This document shows, piece after piece, positions 19,596-26,072 of a stretch of 38,703 bases of DNA. The notes below the pieces were generated by a model. The model was not told the origin of the DNA, made no database searches, and was given only the letters and a program-made list of their open reading frames with translations. Origin of the DNA: Sandaracinaceae bacterium. GTDB lineage: Bacteria; Myxococcota_A; Polyangia; Polyangiales; Sandaracinaceae. The position numbers and the translations under genes are program-made. Position 1 is the stretch's first letter, and each line of letters begins with the position of its first letter. Where the stretch lies: NCBI GenBank assembly GCA_044220955.1, contig JBGAQA010000063.1, forward strand, positions 1 through 38,703. Direction: 5' to 3'.

Positions 19596-20486
19596 ATGGA
19601 AGCCTACGTCGAAGTCATTCGCGAAGACGGGACGCTCGAGCGCACGCGCATCGAGGGCGAGCAGATCACGGTCGGGCGCTCGCCGACGGCCGGCGTGCCG
19701 CTCCCCGACGCGCGTGACCTCGAGCCGGAGCACCTGCTGATCGCGCCGCGCGGCGAGGGCTGCTGGGTGGCGATCGCGCAGGGCGCCAAGATCGGCGCCA
19801 AGGTCCGCGGCCAGCCCTTCCAGCACGGCATGGTGCAGTGGGGCAGCGAGATCGAGATCGGAGGCCTGCGCTTCCGCGTCACCGACAAGCCGCCGCAGGA
19901 GCAGGGCAAGCCCAAGCAGGCGACCTCGCCGGTGATCATCATCGCCGGCATCCTCGGTGCGGTCGTCGTCATCTGGTCGCTCCAGGGCGAGGAGGTCGCG
20001 GGCCTCGAGACCGAGGCGCCCGAGCCCTACGTGCTCTTCAGCGATCTCTCGGCGTGCCCGGTCGCCGACCCGATGCAGGCGATGGCGCGCGCCGAGCAGT
20101 CCGCCGAGGCGGCGCTCGCCAAGAGCGAGCGCTACCCCTTCGACCCCGCCGACGGGCTCGACTCCGTCGTGCTCTACGACACCGCGCTCGTCTGCTACAC
20201 GGCGCAGCACGCGACGGCGCCGGCGGCCGAGATGCAGCGCGAGCGCGACTACATGCGGCACCGCATCCAGGAGGACTACGACACGCACCGCCTCCGGATG
20301 GCGCGCTCGCTCGAGCTCGAGCGCTACGAGGACGCCCTCGTCGAGGATCGAGCGCTGCTGGCCCTCGTGCGCGAGCGCGGTGACCCGAACACGGCCGTCG
20401 CGGGCGACGGTGACCCCTACGTCGAGTGGCTCGAGCGCATGGAGCGCCAGCTCCAGCTGCTCACGGCCACTCCGGGTGAGGGATGA
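19596..20486 (+). CDS. FHA-like domain membrane protein with periplasmic helical domain
   Basis: ITVGRS...EPEH FHA-like N-terminus, TM VIIIAGILGAVVVIW, helical C-terminus; AGGAGG RBS. Confidence 0.75.
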   Translation: MEAYVEVIREDGTLERTRIEGEQITVGRSPTAGVPLPDARDLEPEHLLIAPRGEGCWVAIAQGAKIGAKVRGQPFQHGMVQWGSEIEIGGLRFRVTDKPPQEQGKPKQATSPVIIIAGILGAVVVIWSLQGEEVAGLETEAPEPYVLFSDLSACPVADPMQAMARAEQSAEAALAKSERYPFDPADGLDSVVLYDTALVCYTAQHATAPAAEMQRERDYMRHRIQEDYDTHRLRMARSLELERYEDALVEDRALLALVRERGDPNTAVAGDGDPYVEWLERMERQLQLLTATPGEG

Positions 20487-21142
20487 CGAGCGCGCCCGCG
20501 GTGCTGGCGATCGCTGGCGCGATGGTGGTCGGGTGTGGCGCCGCGCAGCAGCCGGTGGTGCAGCCGCCGATGACGGATCCGCTCGACGATCAGACCGCCC
20601 AGCAGCTCTTCGATGCCGGGACGCGCATCGCGCAGCAGGGCGACTACATCCGCGCCGAGCAGTACCTCACGGCCGCGCGCGACCACGGCTACCCCGAGGA
20701 CGAGGTGCTGCCGATCCTGATGGAGGTCTGCGTGCACAGCTCGCGCTACTCGGCCGCCGTCGGGTACGCGGAGCCCTACCTCGAGACGCACCCGGACGAC
20801 TGGCGCCTGCGCCAGCTGCTCGCGACCATCCAGATGGGCCTGGGCAACCCGGCGGCGGCGCGCCTCTCGCTCGAGCACGTCGTGACGGAGGCGCCGGAGG
20901 AGGCGGTCCCCCACTACATGCTCGGCGTGCTCCTGCGCGACGAGCTGCACGACGAGCCGGGCATGCGCACGCAGTTCGAGCGCTACCTCGCGCTCGCGCC
21001 CGACGGCGCTCACGCCACCGAGGCCCGCGAGGCGCTGGGCCTCATCGCCGGACCCACGGGTCCCGTGCCGGTGCGCCTCGCCCCCGAGGACGTGCCGCCT
21101 CCCCCCGTCGACGCCGCAGTCACGACGGGAGCCCACCCATGA
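20483..21142 (+). CDS. TPR lipoprotein (TadD/pilotin-like)
   Basis: Lipobox VVGC, TPR-like helices (A..YL..A, HYMLG, FERYLALAPDG); ATGA overlap with the upstream gene. Confidence 0.75.
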   Translation: MTSAPAVLAIAGAMVVGCGAAQQPVVQPPMTDPLDDQTAQQLFDAGTRIAQQGDYIRAEQYLTAARDHGYPEDEVLPILMEVCVHSSRYSAAVGYAEPYLETHPDDWRLRQLLATIQMGLGNPAAARLSLEHVVTEAPEEAVPHYMLGVLLRDELHDEPGMRTQFERYLALAPDGAHATEAREALGLIAGPTGPVPVRLAPEDVPPPPVDAAVTTGAHP

Positions 21143-21167
21143 TCGAGATCCTCGAAGGCCGGTCTCC

Positions 21168-22343
21168 ATGAGCAGCAAGACCCTCGGCAAGGACGTCTAC
21201 GAGCAGACGCTCCTGAAATTCTTCGAGCCCATCAAGCCCTTCCTCGACGACGCGTCGGTGAGCGAGGTGATGATCAACGGGCCGAGCCAGATCTACATCG
21301 AGCGCAAGGGCAAGCTCACGCTGACGAACGCGAAGTTCGCCAACCGCGAGGCGCTCACGGCCGCCCTGCGCAACCTCGCGCAGTTCGTCGGCCGCCACGT
21401 GGACGAGCAGCGTCCGATCCTCGAGGGCCGCCTGCCCGACGGCTCGCGCGTCGAGGCCGTGCTGCCACCCGCCGCCCCCGACGGACCGCACGTGGCGATC
21501 CGCCGCTTCTTCCGCGAGACGCTCACCGTCGAGAAGCTCGTCGGCTTCGGCTCGTTCACGCCGGAGGCCGCCGAGTTCCTGCGTCAGGTCGTGCTCGTGA
21601 AGAACAACACGATCGTCGCGGGCGGCACCGGCTCCGGCAAGACGTCGCTGCTCAACGCGCTCACGGGCTACATCCCGGACGACGACCGCATCGTCATCAT
21701 CGAGGACAGCAAGGAGGTGCAGTGCCAGCAGCCGCACGTCGTGCAGCTCGAGGGCCGGCCGCCGGACGTGCGCGGCCGCGGCGCCGTGTCCATCCGCGAC
21801 CTCTTCAAGGCCACGCTGCGCATGCGCCCGGACCGCATCGTCGTCGGCGAGATCCGCTCCGGCGAGGCGCTCGACCTCGTGCAGGCCATGACCTCCGGCC
21901 ACGGCGGCTGCATGGCGACCGTCCACGCCACCTACCCGACCGACACGCTCAACCGCCTCGAGACGATGTGCCTCATGAGCGACATCGAGCTGCCGCTCGT
22001 GGCCCTGCGCGCCCAGCTGGCGAGCGCCGTCGACATGATCGTCCAGACCTCACGCCTGCGCGACGGCTCGCGCTGCGTCACCCACATCGCCGAGGTCCAA
22101 GGCTACGACCCCACGCGCGGGTACCACATCGAGAACGTGTTCATCCGTCGCTACCACGGCGAGGACGAGAAGGGCCGCGTGCTCTCCACCTTCGAGCCGA
22201 CCGGGTTCATCCCGAAGGTGACCGAGGAGATCCGTGGACACGGCCTCGAGATTCCGCACATCATCTATCATGCGGCTCAGCATCGAGCGCAGCATGGCGC
22301 GCAGCCCGAAGACGAGGGCGGCGGTGGTCACGGTGGCCATTGA
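21168..22343 (+). CDS. tadA: Second TadA/CpaF-family ATPase
   Basis: VSEVMING, GGTGSGKTS, IIEDSKEV, RMRPDRIVVGE, AMTSGH, TVHA; His/Gly-rich tail. Confidence 0.93.
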   Translation: MSSKTLGKDVYEQTLLKFFEPIKPFLDDASVSEVMINGPSQIYIERKGKLTLTNAKFANREALTAALRNLAQFVGRHVDEQRPILEGRLPDGSRVEAVLPPAAPDGPHVAIRRFFRETLTVEKLVGFGSFTPEAAEFLRQVVLVKNNTIVAGGTGSGKTSLLNALTGYIPDDDRIVIIEDSKEVQCQQPHVVQLEGRPPDVRGRGAVSIRDLFKATLRMRPDRIVVGEIRSGEALDLVQAMTSGHGGCMATVHATYPTDTLNRLETMCLMSDIELPLVALRAQLASAVDMIVQTSRLRDGSRCVTHIAEVQGYDPTRGYHIENVFIRRYHGEDEKGRVLSTFEPTGFIPKVTEEIRGHGLEIPHIIYHAAQHRAQHGAQPEDEGGGGHGGH

Positions 22344-22362
22344 GCTCGACGGACACTGATTG

Positions 22363-23841
22363 ATGGCGGTGGTCGGACAGGCAGTTCCCGGCGGCAAGAG
22401 CTGGGCGAAGGTGCGCCTCACGCGCGGCCAGTCCGCGGGCGGTGTCTGGGAGATCGACCAGCAGTACCCGCAGGCGCGGCTCGGGATCGGCAGCGATCCG
22501 AGCGCTGGATGGGTCGTCCAGGGACCGGGCGTGCGCCCCACGCACTTCGAGATCTACTGGGACGGCCGCTGTCTCTTCGTCGCGGACACGCAGCGCGCCG
22601 GAGGGGTCACGCTCAACGGCGCTCCGCTCGGCGGCGAGTGGGTGCAGATCCGTGGCCGCGGGGAGGTCGTCTTCGGACAGGCCGCCGTCGCCATCGAGAC
22701 CTCCGAGGCGCAGGCGGCGGCGATGCCGGACCCGGTCTCCGCGCGCCGCATCTCGTCGGCCGAGGGCCCGAGCGGGCAGCACAGCATCCCCGAGCTCACC
22801 GGCGAGGCGACGCGGATGACCGACTCGCCGATGTGGGACGCGCCCTCGCTGACGGGTGAGGCGACGCGCATCCAGGACTCGCCCCTCGACCTGCCGCCGC
22901 TGCCGCCGCAGCTCGGCGGGGCGCCGAAGCTCGGCGGGGTGCCGCCGCCGCCGCCCGCGCAGCGCCCGCGCCTGGGCGGCAACGACGGTGCCGGTGCGGC
23001 GCCCCAGGCCAAGACCCTGATGCAGGACGAGCTCCAGGGCGCGGTCGCCGAGGCGACCCGCATGGTCGCGATGCCGGACGGGCCGCCCTCGATCGTCGTC
23101 GCTCCCGGGATGGGCATGCCGCCGCCGTCGGGCGGCATGCAGGGCGGAATGCAGCCGGGCGGCATGGGCGGTGTGCAGCAGCCCTTCGGTGCGCCCATGG
23201 CGCCACCGGCCCAGGGCGGGTTCGCCGCGCCGCCGGGCTTCGACCAGGCGCCGCCGCCCGTCACCAAGAGCGCCCTGAAGCTCCCCTTCGGCCTCACGCC
23301 CCGCACCGCGATCATGGTCGGCGCGCTGCTGGTCGGCATCGTGGTCCTCTTCTTCGTGGGCTTCGGTGACGAGGAAGAGGAGTACGTCGAGGACGACACG
23401 ACCCAGACCGTCGCGCCGCCGCCCACCGCGCTGCCGGCGACGACGGTGGCGCCGCCGACCATCGTGCCCCTTCCGACGGGCGTCCCGACCAGCGTGGCGG
23501 GCTATCCGCCCGTGACGACGGGCGTGTACGTCCCGCCCACGGCCGTCTACGTGCCCCCGACCACCGTCGTGCTCGCCCCTCCGACGACCGTGGCGCCACC
23601 GGCGACCGGTGTCGATCCCACGGCGCCACCCGCGCCGACCGCCGAGCGGCTCGCGGCCGACCAGGTGCTCGCCGGCCGCTACGCCGAGGCGCTCCCGCTC
23701 TACCAGCAGCTCGCGCGCGAGCACCCGGAGCGTCCGGAGTATTCGGCGATGGTCGGCATCCTGGAGCAAAGGATCCGCGCGGCCCAGTGTGTCAATGGAA
23801 TCGGCCCGAACGGGCTACCCTGTGCCCTGGGACACCCGTAG
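22363..23841 (+). CDS. FHA-like, Pro-rich, single-pass membrane protein with C-terminal TPR-like helices
   Basis: LGIGSD...VRPTH...VTLNG degenerate FHA; repeated GEATR motifs; TM IMVGALLVGIVVLFFVG; YAEALPLYQQL. Confidence 0.75.
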   Translation: MAVVGQAVPGGKSWAKVRLTRGQSAGGVWEIDQQYPQARLGIGSDPSAGWVVQGPGVRPTHFEIYWDGRCLFVADTQRAGGVTLNGAPLGGEWVQIRGRGEVVFGQAAVAIETSEAQAAAMPDPVSARRISSAEGPSGQHSIPELTGEATRMTDSPMWDAPSLTGEATRIQDSPLDLPPLPPQLGGAPKLGGVPPPPPAQRPRLGGNDGAGAAPQAKTLMQDELQGAVAEATRMVAMPDGPPSIVVAPGMGMPPPSGGMQGGMQPGGMGGVQQPFGAPMAPPAQGGFAAPPGFDQAPPPVTKSALKLPFGLTPRTAIMVGALLVGIVVLFFVGFGDEEEEYVEDDTTQTVAPPPTALPATTVAPPTIVPLPTGVPTSVAGYPPVTTGVYVPPTAVYVPPTTVVLAPPTTVAPPATGVDPTAPPAPTAERLAADQVLAGRYAEALPLYQQLAREHPERPEYSAMVGILEQRIRAAQCVNGIGPNGLPCALGHP

Positions 23842-23857
23842 GCCGGAGGCGGTTTCC

Positions 23858-24604
23858 ATGAACGGCTCGCGCTTCGCTCGTCTCGTCCTCGCGTCATCGG
23901 TCACCGCCGCGACGGCGCTCGCGTGCGAGGAGCCGCCGCCGCCGCCGGTGTTTCCGATCACGTTCATCGCCGAGTCCGACCCGGGCTCTCCCCTGGGCGG
24001 CGTCACCGTGACCGTCGCCGGCGCGGCACCGGCGCAGACGGCGGCGGACGGAACCGTCCGCCTCGAGCTCTCGGGCGACGAAGGCACCTCGGTCCCCGTC
24101 ACCGCCACCTGCCCCGAGGGCTATCGCACGGCGCCCGCGCTCTCGCCCATCGTGCTGCGCACGACCGTCGGCGTCGGAGGGGCGCCCGCGCCGGGGCTGC
24201 GGGTCAGCGTGTCGTGTCCGCCCGCCATGCGGCAAGGCGTGGTGGTGATCCGGGCCGGCGGGACCGGCACCGCTCCGCGATCGGGCCTGCCCGTGATGAT
24301 CGAGGGCCGCGAGGTCGCGCGGACCGACGCGAGCGGCGTCGCGCACGTCTCGCTGAACATGGCGCCCGGGCAGAGCTTCCAGGTGCTCCTCGCGACGGCG
24401 ACGGCCTCGCCGCTGCTGCGGCCCCAGGATCCACAGCTGACCTTCGTGTTCCCCGACGCGAACGAGATCTTCGCGTTCGACGAGAACTTCGACGAGGAGG
24501 CGCCGCCCGAGCCCGTGCACCACGCGCGTCGCCGCCGCGCGCCGCCGCCGACGACCGGCCCGGTGATGATCCCCGTGCGGATTCCGTCGGGAAGCGGGCG
24601 CTGA
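23858..24604 (+). CDS. Putative lipoprotein with two beta-sandwich (carboxypeptidase-regulatory-like) domains
   Basis: GGAGG RBS, signal peptide with ALAC lipobox, repeated TxxxG.V/A motifs (QTAADGTV, RTDASGVA). Confidence 0.7.
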   Translation: MNGSRFARLVLASSVTAATALACEEPPPPPVFPITFIAESDPGSPLGGVTVTVAGAAPAQTAADGTVRLELSGDEGTSVPVTATCPEGYRTAPALSPIVLRTTVGVGGAPAPGLRVSVSCPPAMRQGVVVIRAGGTGTAPRSGLPVMIEGREVARTDASGVAHVSLNMAPGQSFQVLLATATASPLLRPQDPQLTFVFPDANEIFAFDENFDEEAPPEPVHHARRRRAPPPTTGPVMIPVRIPSGSGR

Positions 24605-24689
24605 CGCTCCGGCGCTCCGTCACACTCGCGCGCCGCGCGCGCCGCCGTCTCGTTGCAATCGCGGATGCCCCGTGAGACGGTCGCCAGCC

Positions 24690-25328
24690 ATGTCGGCAGC
24701 GCTCGTCCTCGCATCGACCTCGGAAGCACGCCGTCGGCTGGCCGCGCGCCTCGGCCTCGACTTCGTGTGCGTCGCGCCTACGTGCGACGAGCAGGCGCTG
24801 CACGGCCGCTCCCCGGACCAGACCGCGCTCTTGCGCGCGTTCGCGAAGGCGGAGAGCGTGCGGGGCCAGTTCCCGCGCAGCGCGTTCGTCGTCGGCTCGG
24901 ACCAGCTCGTCGACCTCGACGGGCGCATCCTGGGCAAGCCTGGCAGCACCGAGGGTGCCTGCGCCCAGCTCGCCGAGCTCGCCGGCCGCACCCACCGGCT
25001 GGTCACCGCGATCGTCGTCCTGGGCCCCGACGTGCGCGAGAGCCGCGTCGTGGTGAGCCGTATGACGATGCGCTCCCTCAGCGCGGCGCAGATCGCGGCC
25101 TACGTCGCGGCCGACGCGCCCGAGGCCTGTGCCGGCAGCTACAAGATCGAGCTGGGCGGCCGCGCCCTCTTCTCGGCGATCGCCAGTGCGGACGAAACTG
25201 CCATCGAGGGCTTGCCGCTCGTCGCACTTTCCGGGATGCTCGCCCCCCTTTACGACGGTGGCCTTCGGGGGGGCCCCGCCACGGCACGCAAGCCGGGCAC
25301 CCCTCCCGAGGCGTCACCCGCTCCCTGA
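24690..25328 (+). CDS. maf: Maf-family nucleotide pyrophosphatase (YceF-like)
   Basis: LVLASTS..RR, GSDQLV, ILGKP, GRTH, CAGSYKIE, IEGLPL. Confidence 0.88.
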   Translation: MSAALVLASTSEARRRLAARLGLDFVCVAPTCDEQALHGRSPDQTALLRAFAKAESVRGQFPRSAFVVGSDQLVDLDGRILGKPGSTEGACAQLAELAGRTHRLVTAIVVLGPDVRESRVVVSRMTMRSLSAAQIAAYVAADAPEACAGSYKIELGGRALFSAIASADETAIEGLPLVALSGMLAPLYDGGLRGGPATARKPGTPPEASPAP

Positions 25329-25355
25329 TCCGATCGATCCGTCGAGGTGAAATCC

Positions 25356-25997
25356 ATGGCCAAGGTCACGAAGTCCTCCGCCAAGAGCTCGAAGTCGCCC
25401 GCCAAGGCGGCGCCCAAGAAGGCCCCCGAGAAGGCGTCCGGCGCCAAGAACGGCAAGTCCGTCTCCGTCAAGCCGAAGGCCAGCGCCACGACCAAGGCCG
25501 CCGCTCGCATCGAGATACCGAAGGCGGCCCCCGCTGCCAAGGTCGCGCCCGCGGCCAAGGACAAGGAGCGAGTCCTGCCAGGCCTCAAGCCCACGCCCGA
25601 CGCGTCCGTCATCCGCGCGCACGCCGACGCGAAGCTCAGCAAGCAGGAGCTCAACGCGCTGTACACCAAGCTCGTCGACGAGAAGTCGCGCGTGCTCGGC
25701 AACTTCGAGAACCGCGTCGACAACGCGCTCGCCGAGGAGGACGTCCTCGCCGACGAGATCGACATCGCCCAGCGCTCGACCGATCAGGCATGGCTCTTCC
25801 GCATGGCCGACAAGGACCGCAAGCTCCTGATCGAGATCGAGGCGGCCCTCGAGAAGATGCACAGCGGCGAGTACGGCGTGTGCGAGGGCACCGACGAGCC
25901 GATCGGCTTCAAGCGCCTCGAGCTCCGCCCGTGGACCCGCTACTCGGTGGGCTACAAGGAGATGCTCGAGCGCGAGAAGGCCCAGCAGGCCCGCTAG
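25356..25997 (+). CDS. dksA: DksA/TraR-family transcription factor with K/A-rich N-terminus and one Cys
   Basis: DEIDIA coiled-coil tip; IEAALEKM..GEYGVCEGTDEPIGFKRLELRPWTRYS. Confidence 0.88.
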   Translation: MAKVTKSSAKSSKSPAKAAPKKAPEKASGAKNGKSVSVKPKASATTKAAARIEIPKAAPAAKVAPAAKDKERVLPGLKPTPDASVIRAHADAKLSKQELNALYTKLVDEKSRVLGNFENRVDNALAEEDVLADEIDIAQRSTDQAWLFRMADKDRKLLIEIEAALEKMHSGEYGVCEGTDEPIGFKRLELRPWTRYSVGYKEMLEREKAQQAR

Positions 25998-26072
25998 AGG
26001 GCGAGCCGGCGGCCGCCGGACGCTCACGGCGCGCGGTAGTCAGGGCCCTGCGCTCGGCGGTACAACCCTGGG

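Noticed and set aside
11500..24604. Interpretation as a conjugative T4SS (VirB11) or T2SS/T6SS locus
   Set aside because: Flp pilins, CpaB and TadB/TadC define it as Tad; no VirB4, relaxase, Gsp or Tss genes are present.
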